Source: Fibrobacteria bacterium | Lineage (GTDB): Bacteria > Fibrobacterota > Fibrobacteria > UBA11236 | NCBI GenBank assembly: GCA_041746255.1 | Contig: JBGTHM010000057.1 | Coordinates: 1-21,231, forward strand | Length of the DNA: 21,231 nt | Direction of reading: 5' to 3' | Part shown: in pieces, positions 9,583-17,712 of the stretch | How positions within the stretch are numbered: the stretch's first letter is position 1 | Layout: each line of letters starts with the position of its first letter | Program-made: the position numbers and the translations under genes | Notes under the pieces: model-generated | Databases searched by the model: none | Seen by the model: the letters and a program-made list of their open reading frames with translations, nothing else | Told to the model about the DNA's origin: nothing

Positions 9583-9651
9583 CTTGGCGCCCAGAAGTCC
9601 TCCTCCACGGAAAGCCACGTGGATTTTACTCAACGAACATCGGCAGAAGTG

Positions 9652-11127
9652 TTAACGTCCTTTTGCGGCAATCCCTGATTTGCCGGTTGGGACCCTCCGT
9701 CCATTTATTTCATGGGAGAAGCCCCATTCCGTAAACCACGGACTGGAATTCCTCACCGGTAGCACCGGTTTGATCGAGGTGCTGAGACTTCCCGGAAGTT
9801 TAAAATCATTCACTTCTACCGATTTGTGATTTTCGTCGATGACGTACAAGGACAAAATATTTTCTTGAGCCAATAAATGCCTGTCAAACAGGGCCGTTCC
9901 CGTATATTTACGCGGATGTGTGTAGACGATTTTCCAATCCTGGTAGCCTGCAGCTTCGGTAGCCATCGCGATTTCATGTCCTTTGACCAGGATATAGGCG
10001 TTATGGACGGCATCGGTCAGTATTTTTTTCCTGTCGTCATAATCCAGGCCGGTTTTTATCCCGGTGTTGGTTTTATGCCAGGCTCCATCCTCACCCCGGT
10101 AAAAATGATGAAGCATATCACCCAGGCGGTGGACAAAATGCGGACGGTTTTTCAAATCCACTGTCATACCTTCGTGATTTCTCATCTGGCCCTTGGCGAT
10201 CGGAATCGCGGCGATACCGGGGAAATTCCGTTTTAATGCCCCGTCTCCGATTGTTCCCGCTTGAACTCCGGCTGAGTTGAACCAGGTGCGCCCGTCATCA
10301 TCGCTATAGGCATAGCAAATATCGTGGGCCGTCTCCAAGCCTCCCTGTCTCCAAATCCAGCCGGCATGTAAGCGACCGTTCTGTCCGAAAACCAGATTGT
10401 CCACATAAGCGCTGGCGCCTGCGCCTTCGATGAATTTTCCGATGGTTTTCCAGGCACTGGAGGAGTATTCGTATAAAATTTGATCTCCCTCGCCGGTTCC
10501 GCCGATTCGGCGGGAAAAAAAGAGCTTACCTGAGGGAGAAGTTGTAAATAGGGGGTAGGTAACATCGGATAGCTTTTCGCTCCCCAATTTGTCGGTAATC
10601 GGACCGAATTGGCTGGCATTCCAGGGCTTGGCTCCGGGATTGCTGAGCAAACCCACCACCGATCGGCGATAATTCAAATCGTCATTGTGGTGGTCAAATG
10701 CCAAATGCAGAGTACCGTCCACGGTGCAAATCCCAAGTACGATTACGTTATGCCCATCATCCGTATTTTGCGTGTAATCCTGAAACACAAACGTTTCCCA
10801 AGGGCTTGCCGGCACTTGGCGGTTCCTCCTGGCCATCACAATTCTTCGTGGTGACTGGCCATTGTAATAAGCCGTGTATTGCCATCCCTCGTGGGTTATG
10901 AGAATATCCAATTGCAGGGAATTCCCGTTAATCGCACCGAACTTGACCGTTTCTTTTTTGATGTCGCTTCCGACCTGGGATGCGGTTAGCAATTCGATTG
11001 CCGAAGCCGGAACAGACGTCATCAGAAGGAACGTAAGACAACACCAGCCCCATACCGCCCCCGATAGGGTTATGGCATGGGATTTGGGAGCGTTGGTAAA
11101 TAACCGGAGCGTGCTAAATCCGAGCAT
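9652..11127 (-). CDS. BNR_4-repeat seven-bladed beta-propeller, PL24/PL42-like putative polysaccharide lyase
   Basis: 491 aa; signal peptide ending ASA-I. Motifs GWQYTAYYN, DDGHNVIVLGICTVDGTLHLAFDHH, VTYP, RIGGTGEG, Asp-box YAYSDDDGRTW. Short basic tail TSIKP...EINGRRV. Confidence 0.88.
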   Translation of the reverse strand: MLGFSTLRLFTNAPKSHAITLSGAVWGWCCLTFLLMTSVPASAIELLTASQVGSDIKKETVKFGAINGNSLQLDILITHEGWQYTAYYNGQSPRRIVMARRNRQVPASPWETFVFQDYTQNTDDGHNVIVLGICTVDGTLHLAFDHHNDDLNYRRSVVGLLSNPGAKPWNASQFGPITDKLGSEKLSDVTYPLFTTSPSGKLFFSRRIGGTGEGDQILYEYSSSAWKTIGKFIEGAGASAYVDNLVFGQNGRLHAGWIWRQGGLETAHDICYAYSDDDGRTWFNSAGVQAGTIGDGALKRNFPGIAAIPIAKGQMRNHEGMTVDLKNRPHFVHRLGDMLHHFYRGEDGAWHKTNTGIKTGLDYDDRKKILTDAVHNAYILVKGHEIAMATEAAGYQDWKIVYTHPRKYTGTALFDRHLLAQENILSLYVIDENHKSVEVNDFKLPGSLSTSIKPVLPVRNSSPWFTEWGFSHEINGRRVPTGKSGIAAKGR

Positions 11128-11151
11128 TAATGCCCTTTCTTCCCCTTGAAA

Positions 11152-11173
11152 TTACCCTCAACGGGAAGGGTAA
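11152..11173 (-). terminator. Intergenic stem-loop between the third barrel gene and the BNR_4 gene (weak terminator or processing site)
   Basis: TTACCCT (11152-11158) pairs with AGGGTAA (11167-11173), followed by TTTC on the minus strand. Confidence 0.35.
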
Positions 11174-11188
11174 ATTGGATTTCCGTTG

Positions 11189-11935
11189 CTAGTTCGTTTC
11201 CTGCTTGCCAAAAAGGTATTGGGCTCTGAAGGAAATCATATGGTTTGTCGATTTTGCGACTTCCGGCTTCCAGAAGGTTCGGACGCCGATTTCAAAAGCC
11301 AGCCCCGCTATAGGCGCTCCTACCACCCCATAGCCCATACTTGCCAGGTATCTCAACTCCCTATGCGTGAACCCCTCGTAGTCAACAAAGGAGGTAACCT
11401 TCCAGGGTGTTATCGCCGGGGTTATTACTCGCGCCCTAGGCCGCCAAACCCAGAAAGTGAATTGGCTGGGTTGCGAAATCAACCGTCGCTCGAACAGGTT
11501 ATCGAGTTCAAAAGAAAAACCGCTTGCCAGTGGAAGCCGTAGAGTTACTCCGGTACGGGGAAGATATTGGCGGAAATTCGAACGGGTTATAATATCATCA
11601 TAAATGCTGCTGTCGGCGATTTCCCGATTATAAACAGCCACTTCCGCCATGCCGATAAGCTCCGCGACGCCCAGCCTACCAAGCTTCAGCCGAGCCGTAG
11701 CCGCATACTCGCTGCCGGAAACCCCGATGCTGTCGAAAGCCGATTGAACTTGATCGATTTGTTCCAACCGTTCGCCGAAATACGTTCCACTACGAATTGC
11801 GAGTTCCATACCTTCCGCAACTTCGGCGCCCAGTGTAAGGTTCACGTGCTGGCCAAATCCGGCCTGGGAATTAATCGGAAAGACCGTAATCAATATTATC
11901 GGTAAAAGGGCGATGGAAAAAACGAGCTGCTTCAT
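11189..11935 (-). CDS. Small outer-membrane beta-barrel protein (DUF2490/KdgM-like), copy 3
   Basis: Start moved from 12022 to ATG 11935 (MKQLVFSIALLPIILITVFPINSQA, a clean signal peptide, 5 bp after the previous stop). Alternating hydrophobic strands, QYLPR, NLFERR, WVWRPR, last strand HMISFRAQYLF. Confidence 0.72.
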   Translation of the reverse strand: MKQLVFSIALLPIILITVFPINSQAGFGQHVNLTLGAEVAEGMELAIRSGTYFGERLEQIDQVQSAFDSIGVSGSEYAATARLKLGRLGVAELIGMAEVAVYNREIADSSIYDDIITRSNFRQYLPRTGVTLRLPLASGFSFELDNLFERRLISQPSQFTFWVWRPRARVITPAITPWKVTSFVDYEGFTHRELRYLASMGYGVVGAPIAGLAFEIGVRTFWKPEVAKSTNHMISFRAQYLFGKQETN

Positions 11936-11940
11936 ACGGA

Positions 11941-12678
11941 TTATTCCCGGAAAGGCCGGCCAAAAACCCAACGCACCTGCAAGGTCAGACCGTGCATGAC
12001 ACCGGGTAGTTCCGGCCGCCATTGGATGTTGTCGCTCAACCGGACATGAAGAGCCTGCAAAGGTTCAATGTCGATCCCAAACGCCGTTTCCGCCATATAT
12101 TTGACGTCCTTGATATCATGTCCCTCATAATACCCGAAAGCGGAAAGGCTAAGCGGGCTGATGGGAGGGGTATGCAGCGCCATCATGGGACGCCAAACGA
12201 AGGAAGTCAGCCGTTCCGGGCTTACGATGAGCCGACGCTCGAAGAGGTTGCCGAATCGCAGGAGAAATCCCGATACCATGGGAAAGTCCACGACAAGGCC
12301 TACCCGGGGAACATATTCCTTTAGGCTTGCAGCGGTAACGGTATCGTCATCCCTATCGAGGTCGGAAATTGCGCGATGGCGATATTGCACTTCGCCTGTT
12401 CCGGAAAGCCATGCGTTTCCAATGCGACCCAGATGCACCTTACCGGCGGCAAAAAATTCTCCTCCCGACGCGGCGCCCGAGTCATACACCGGATTGAACA
12501 AATCGATTTGCTCCATGTGGTGGCCGAACAAGGCCGAGCCTCCTACTCCCAGGGTAAAGCCTTCTGTCAGACCATATTCCACGCCAAGCCCGAGCTTCTG
12601 CCCGAGTCTGGTCTTGGCATCCGGGATTGCGCAGGGAATCAGAAACAGGGCGGTTAGTAGCGAATAGGAGAATTTCAC
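11941..12678 (-). CDS. Small outer-membrane beta-barrel protein (DUF2490/KdgM-like), copy 2
   Basis: Start moved from 12744 to GTG 12678 (AAGGA RBS; MKFSYSLLTALFLIPCAIPDA signal). Motifs EYVPR, NLFERR, FVWRP, YYEG, last strand HGLTLQVRWVF. Clear paralog of 11189..11935. Confidence 0.72.
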   Translation of the reverse strand: MKFSYSLLTALFLIPCAIPDAKTRLGQKLGLGVEYGLTEGFTLGVGGSALFGHHMEQIDLFNPVYDSGAASGGEFFAAGKVHLGRIGNAWLSGTGEVQYRHRAISDLDRDDDTVTAASLKEYVPRVGLVVDFPMVSGFLLRFGNLFERRLIVSPERLTSFVWRPMMALHTPPISPLSLSAFGYYEGHDIKDVKYMAETAFGIDIEPLQALHVRLSDNIQWRPELPGVMHGLTLQVRWVFGRPFRE

Positions 12679-12747
12679 GGTTATTTTCCTTGATGTAAAA
12701 GAGGTGGAAACATTGAATGCATGCTTACCGCGTTCCGGCCGCAAAGA

Positions 12748-13575
12748 TTATCTGCCGTTCCAAGCGGTAAGATCCAAGGTGTAAAAAGCATAGAGACATA
12801 ACAGGTGGTTACGGATGAGTTCAGAACCACCGTAGCGAAGTTGGAAATTGTCCGCAAGGCTTACCGATAAGCCCCGGACCGGAGCGAAAGTAATACCGAA
12901 TTCCGTTTCCGAGTAGAAATCGGTCCCGAGCTGGTTAAAAGCCTCTGAATACACATAGGGAGTGATTTTGAAATCGGTAAATGAGGGAGCGTTCAATCTC
13001 AACAGGGAACGGTACTGATTGGTGGCGAAGACCTGAGACGGCACCAGAGACCTAATGATATTCCCGTTCTCATCCTCAATCTCCCGGATATTCGCCCAGG
13101 TAGTGATGGAGCGCTCGAAGCGCTGACCCCATTGCACCGATCCACCAAATGGAAGCGGTTTGGTCAGAAATACATTCCACCGCGGGCGGTACTCGGACAA
13201 CACCGATTCCCCATCGTAGAAAATCCTTTCCAAAAAATAGACGTCGCCACCCATGCTCAACTGGATTCCGGAAAAAATCTCCCCGAACTCAACGGAAAAA
13301 CCGGGGACGACATCCCAACCGATATACTTGTAAGGATTGGTCAAGGAGTCGACTTTATATTGAGGGCCGGTTCCGAAGTAGGAGGCGCCGAATATCCCGA
13401 CCGTGACGTCTTTTTCCACCTTGACACGGACCCCGCCCAAGGCGCGATGGGAGCGGAAGGATTCTTTCAATTTCTCCTCGCCGGTCCCGGATTGGGCGGC
13501 CACGGGCGCAAAAGAAAGCAGCATGGCGGATACCGCCATTGCCACAATTGGATTCACGAACTCCACCTTTCTCAA
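12748..13575 (-). CDS. Small outer-membrane beta-barrel protein (DUF2490-like), copy 1
   Basis: 275 aa; the TTG start overlaps the upstream TGA (TTGA at 13572-13575); signal peptide ending VAA-Q. EYRPRW, QRFERS, QYRSLLRL and ITPYVYSEAFN resemble the DUF2490 pattern. Last strand HLLCLYAFYTL. Confidence 0.72.
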   Translation of the reverse strand: MRKVEFVNPIVAMAVSAMLLSFAPVAAQSGTGEEKLKESFRSHRALGGVRVKVEKDVTVGIFGASYFGTGPQYKVDSLTNPYKYIGWDVVPGFSVEFGEIFSGIQLSMGGDVYFLERIFYDGESVLSEYRPRWNVFLTKPLPFGGSVQWGQRFERSITTWANIREIEDENGNIIRSLVPSQVFATNQYRSLLRLNAPSFTDFKITPYVYSEAFNQLGTDFYSETEFGITFAPVRGLSVSLADNFQLRYGGSELIRNHLLCLYAFYTLDLTAWNGR

Positions 13576-14627
13576 CGAACTACGATTTTTCTTGAAAGCA
13601 CCGTTCGGCCCGACTCCGAGGCCTGCAGCACGTAGAGACCGTGCGGCATGCCTTCAGTTCCTATAGCCACGTGATTTTCACCGGCACTAACCACCAGGTT
13701 AGCCATCTTGCGCCCATGGATATCAACCAGGCTGACCTCATTAACCAAATGTCCCACCGGAAGATTCATGGATAGGGTGGATCCGGTAAGCGTGGGGTGG
13801 ATTTCACCGACCAGATAGCGGGCAAAATTGGGGTTCTCCGAAATTTGGGTGACGTTATTGGGAATGGGATTCTTGAACCTTTCGACGAAGTCTTTCGGAG
13901 AGGCGTTTTCATTTCCCGTCAAGAGGTACCAGATCATGCCGACATCGGAAATGTCACCCGGCTTTTGATAGAAGCGGGAATGCACCCATGGCCAAGGCTG
14001 CGGCATGGATTTCATCGCATCAAAGTTTCCGCCCTCACCCAGGTTTTTGTTCTGATTGGAAATGTCGATGAATTTATAGCCCCCCGGCAGCGCCTTCATG
14101 GTATTCCAGGTATTCTTCATTTGGGGGGTGTCATTATGGGTATTGTTCGCATTGGAATGCGAAATCATGGTAATGAATTTACGCTTGTCCATATCCACCA
14201 CGTTCAGCATGCGCCAGGCGGACTCCATGGGCCCGGTACAAACGAAGGTCAATGGATCATCCGCAGTGGACTTATCGGCTTCCTTTTTGAAATTGTCAAT
14301 CGCGGCGCTCAACTCCTTTTGCAAATCGAATACCATGTTTTTTCTGAAATTAAACCGTTCCACAGCGCCCTGGACGCTGATCTCCATCTGCGTTTCCTTT
14401 TCCTTTTTGCTGGACCCGAGGTGGTTATTGTAATCGAAATGCACCAATTTATCCTGAATGCCCCAGGCCCAGATTGTCGCCAAGCTGAATGCCGAAGCAC
14501 CGATATCATCCCGGTCATGTTCATTACCGTCGTGGGTAACGGCCATTCGACCCTTAAATTTTTGGGCCTCTGCAACAGTAAGTCCGAATATTAAGGCTGT
14601 TAGGCTAAATACGGAAAAAACTTTCAT
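13572..14627 (-). CDS. Secreted protein of unknown function with a nucleoside-hydrolase-like Asp cluster and T9SS-type C-terminal domain
   Basis: 351 aa; AGGAG RBS; signal peptide ending AEA-Q. RMAVTHDGNEHDRDDIGA (strand followed by D...DxDD) and FVCTGPME resemble the nucleoside hydrolase DxDxxxDD and xGP motifs. Tail IHPT...LVDIHGRKM...HGLYVLQ...SRKIVVR. Confidence 0.7.
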   Translation of the reverse strand: MKVFSVFSLTALIFGLTVAEAQKFKGRMAVTHDGNEHDRDDIGASAFSLATIWAWGIQDKLVHFDYNNHLGSSKKEKETQMEISVQGAVERFNFRKNMVFDLQKELSAAIDNFKKEADKSTADDPLTFVCTGPMESAWRMLNVVDMDKRKFITMISHSNANNTHNDTPQMKNTWNTMKALPGGYKFIDISNQNKNLGEGGNFDAMKSMPQPWPWVHSRFYQKPGDISDVGMIWYLLTGNENASPKDFVERFKNPIPNNVTQISENPNFARYLVGEIHPTLTGSTLSMNLPVGHLVNEVSLVDIHGRKMANLVVSAGENHVAIGTEGMPHGLYVLQASESGRTVLSRKIVVR

Positions 14628-14835
14628 GGTATTACTCTCCTAACCCCAGGCCTACTTCCTTTGGAAGACATCACTCAGGCACTCGGGTTGATGTGGATAC
14701 TTCATTCGAAGACTTACGAATGAATTTAATGCGGCACTGGAAATCAAAATTGAGAAGTAATAAGAATTCGTTCCTGCTGGGAAACAAGGCCCGAAAGCTC
14801 TCCAGGTAAATTTTTCCGACTAGTGCGCAATTTCC

Positions 14836-15816
14836 CTAGCGGGACAAAACCATCCGGTGAATGGCGGTTTTGCCGGCGACTTCCGCCACAATGAAATATT
14901 GCCCGGGTCCGGATTTATCACCAAAAGGCCGCCAGATACTCTGGTTATTTCCGGATTTAAGGGTGCGAATGGAAGGAGAGCCCAGCATACGGCCGCTGGT
15001 GTCGAATAGTTTTAAGGAAAGCGGCGTATCTCTCAGGGTTGTGGCACTAACCTCTACCCTATTGTCGGGTAATGTTCTCAAGGATAAGCCTTGCCCGTGA
15101 TTGAAAGCCAGAACAGAGGATGGTTTGTATTCGGATTCCGCTCCGATATAAGCATTGGTTACCGTCATATAGGCATCATGCGACATTTTGTCATTGGAGT
15201 ACAGGCCCCATCGGAAATAATTTTTGGTGCCGGAAGACGTATGATTGGGTTTGCCCGAGTACTTCTTGACCCCATTGAAATAAACTTCTTCCACCAACCC
15301 ATTGGAGCGGATTTTCAGTTCGAATTCTTTATCCTTGTACTCCGATGCCAGGGTTGTCGGACCCTTTCCCTTCGGAGAAAAGGTGATTCGATGTCCGTCG
15401 TTCATGTGGACCATGATTTGCGGGTTTTCCGTGACATTATCCTTTAGCTGGGCGATGCAGATCAGCTTCATTTCGGTTTTTACTTTCCAGGTCCCCTGCA
15501 TGATGTACCATTTGTTGCCCGGATTGAATTTTTCATTGCCATACACTTCCAGACGAGCATGAATCCTTCCCTCAGTGGACACGTCCCCCTTAAAGAGTTG
15601 AAAGGCTTGGACATTCCCCTCTTCCCGGTAATTTTTGGTGTACTTGTGAAAATCGGGCCTTTGAATATGCCTGTCATTCAAAACCCACAAGCGAATGTCC
15701 TGGGGAATTTCAGCCCAGACCGTAGAAAATACCCCTAAAATAAATGCGATAGGGAGCGATACAAATCTTTCAGAGATTTTTGCAAATTTTTTCCGCATAG
15801 AAGCGTGCCAATGCAT
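14836..15816 (-). CDS. Beta-jelly-roll polysaccharide lyase (PL7/PL28-like) with T9SS-type C-terminal domain
   Basis: 326 aa (start may be ATG 15798); signal peptide ending VWA-E. Three jelly-roll lyase motifs in order: HARLEV, CIAQLKD, NYFRWGLYS. Tail LFDTSGRML...PGQYFIV. Confidence 0.78.
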   Translation of the reverse strand: MHWHASMRKKFAKISERFVSLPIAFILGVFSTVWAEIPQDIRLWVLNDRHIQRPDFHKYTKNYREEGNVQAFQLFKGDVSTEGRIHARLEVYGNEKFNPGNKWYIMQGTWKVKTEMKLICIAQLKDNVTENPQIMVHMNDGHRITFSPKGKGPTTLASEYKDKEFELKIRSNGLVEEVYFNGVKKYSGKPNHTSSGTKNYFRWGLYSNDKMSHDAYMTVTNAYIGAESEYKPSSVLAFNHGQGLSLRTLPDNRVEVSATTLRDTPLSLKLFDTSGRMLGSPSIRTLKSGNNQSIWRPFGDKSGPGQYFIVAEVAGKTAIHRMVLSR

Positions 15817-15822
15817 TGAGGT

Positions 15823-17385
15823 TTATTTCGCAACCGGGCGCTCATCCTGTACGGGAACCAGGATTAATCGGGACCGACCGCGGGTGTCATATGCCGAACC
15901 ATTATCCGCTTCCTTTCCAAAACGAATAAAGTTCACTTGAGCGTTTTCAAACCGGATTTTAGACTGATTTTGGAGCGGAGGAAGGATGGACGCTTTCCTG
16001 ATGGAAGTCGACTCATCCCGAAATTTCAAAAGCATCAGGCGGGTGTCCGGCGGAACGGGGTTCGGTTTATTTGTCCCATTAGCCGGCAAAGTATACCGGC
16101 GAAGGGCGTAAAAGATTCCCGGTTCATCGCTTTTTCCGCGCCCGAACTGGAAACGAATCTCCATCGTACCCGCTTTCACTTGACCTTCTCCGCCACCCGG
16201 GGTGGAGGTAAGGGGAATCGTGGCGGTGGGTTTTAAGGTCTCCTCATTCAAGATCCACTTTCCGGATCCGTAAGTAGGGTGGTCCCAGTATTGCGTCAAT
16301 TTTCCGTCTTCGATAATTACGGAATTGATTACGATGAGTTTCGGGAGAGAACCCGTACCCCCGACTTTCCAAGTATAATCCTTCCAATCGCTGGTTTGCA
16401 CGAGGTCCCAGGCTCCCTTGGCTTCGGACCACCGGGCATTGTAGGCCTGGCTGATTCCCTTGGAGTCATAACGGTGATAACTGATGACGGGCCGTCCTTT
16501 GGAATCGAAACCCATTTGGTTGGACTGGTTGGTAAGTCCTTGTTTGGTCGGAACCGGATCCACACTCACCTTTTTTTCGGACACGGTGATCGGCAGGCTC
16601 AGCGGCTCTCCGCGAGCGGTTTCCCAGGCATCCAAATTGGGACCGCGGGTGCGGATGTAACTCAAGTCGTGGGTGCTGCTGACATCCGGTGAATCGCGCC
16701 ACACAAAGCTGATGTGGAAACGGCCGTCATCCCCGGGATGGTACCTGCTGCCGAAATAGGCGTTAACACTTCCCGCATTGCTGAAAAGAGGCGCACCGTT
16801 ATACAGAGAACTCCAGGAACGCTTATCCGGACGGGAATCGTATTTGTTGTAATACCAAACGCCGTCTCCGCTGCCTCCAAGCCGATGTACGAAATACAGC
16901 TCGCCCGTGGGCATCTTGAAAAAACGCGGGTAGGTCACCCTGGCCTCGCGCTCCTTGGAAACCATGTTGGGCACCTGGACCAATGTGCTGATGTCACCGG
17001 CTACTTCGGTACGGAAGTAAATGAGGGGAACGGCATGCATGTTTCCCGAGACATGCAAATGCCCCTGATCGTCGAGTTCGATGACGACATAATTGTGAGG
17101 ATCCCAACCGATTTTAGTGGGGAGTACTTTAAGGGAAAATTTGTCGGAGTCGAGGGTGCGGGAACCGACCACCATACTGTGATCCGAATTGTAATAAGCG
17201 ATGAACTGCCGGTTTCCATCGGTAAGCAGGTCGAGGTTGACCGGAAATCCGGCCGGTACCATGGCCACGAACAGGGAGTCGATAGGGTCGGTGGGAATGG
17301 CCGCAAGTGCGACCTGGGCGCGAGGAGCCGAGAATCCCAACCAGAGCAACGATACCAGGAAAACCAACCGACCGATGTGACTCAT
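15823..17385 (-). CDS. BNR_4-repeat seven-bladed beta-propeller, putative polysaccharide lyase (second subtype)
   Basis: 520 aa; signal peptide ending PRA-Q. Motifs QFIAYYN, GWDPHNYVVIELDDQGHLHVSGNMH, VTYPRF, RLGGSGDG, NAY, VWRDSPD, HDLSY, GFDSKGRPVISYH. Tail TSIRK...AYDTRGR. Confidence 0.88.
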   Translation of the reverse strand: MSHIGRLVFLVSLLWLGFSAPRAQVALAAIPTDPIDSLFVAMVPAGFPVNLDLLTDGNRQFIAYYNSDHSMVVGSRTLDSDKFSLKVLPTKIGWDPHNYVVIELDDQGHLHVSGNMHAVPLIYFRTEVAGDISTLVQVPNMVSKEREARVTYPRFFKMPTGELYFVHRLGGSGDGVWYYNKYDSRPDKRSWSSLYNGAPLFSNAGSVNAYFGSRYHPGDDGRFHISFVWRDSPDVSSTHDLSYIRTRGPNLDAWETARGEPLSLPITVSEKKVSVDPVPTKQGLTNQSNQMGFDSKGRPVISYHRYDSKGISQAYNARWSEAKGAWDLVQTSDWKDYTWKVGGTGSLPKLIVINSVIIEDGKLTQYWDHPTYGSGKWILNEETLKPTATIPLTSTPGGGEGQVKAGTMEIRFQFGRGKSDEPGIFYALRRYTLPANGTNKPNPVPPDTRLMLLKFRDESTSIRKASILPPLQNQSKIRFENAQVNFIRFGKEADNGSAYDTRGRSRLILVPVQDERPVAK

Positions 17386-17661
17386 TAACTACTTCTTTCG
17401 CGGAGCATTACTGTCTTAACATAATCAGAAATGTAAGAGTGGACAGATGGTTTTGGCGATTCCGACCCTGGAACTATACCCTCCCCTTTCGACCGTTCGG
17501 AAAAAGTCCTCTTGGAAAGGATTTAATGGGGAAAATGGCCAAAAAGCGAATTCCTATACGCATTTCCTCTATTTTTATAGGTGGCATTGGGAACTTACGG
17601 CTACAGTCTGATTGTTTCCAAAAAGCAACAGAATTCCGTCAAATCCGCTTACCGATATTTA

Positions 17662-17697
17662 TCAGTAGCCCTACCTTCACTCTGGTAGGCTACCTGA
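17662..17697 (+). promoter_or_regulatory. 5'-UTR stem-loop immediately upstream of the RBS of the GSDH gene
   Basis: TCAGTAGCCCTACC (17662-17675) pairs, with bulges, to GGTAGGCTACCTGA (17684-17697). The RBS GAGGA follows at 17701-17705. Confidence 0.4.
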
Positions 17698-17712
17698 AGT
17701 GAGGAACTCTTA

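Noticed and set aside
11936..12022. ORF-track start at 12022 for the third barrel
   Set aside because: Would overlap the upstream barrel by 82 bp and bury the signal peptide; ATG 11935 fits better.
13797..14594. 265-aa plus-strand ORF
   Set aside because: Antisense shadow of the NH-like gene, which has the RBS, signal peptide and sorting tail.
16714..17388. 224-aa plus-strand ORF
   Set aside because: Antisense shadow of the BNR_4 gene; no motif or RBS.
17307..17702. 131-aa plus-strand ORF across the divergent promoter region
   Set aside because: Overlaps the BNR_4 start antisense, composition is not protein-like, and there is no RBS.
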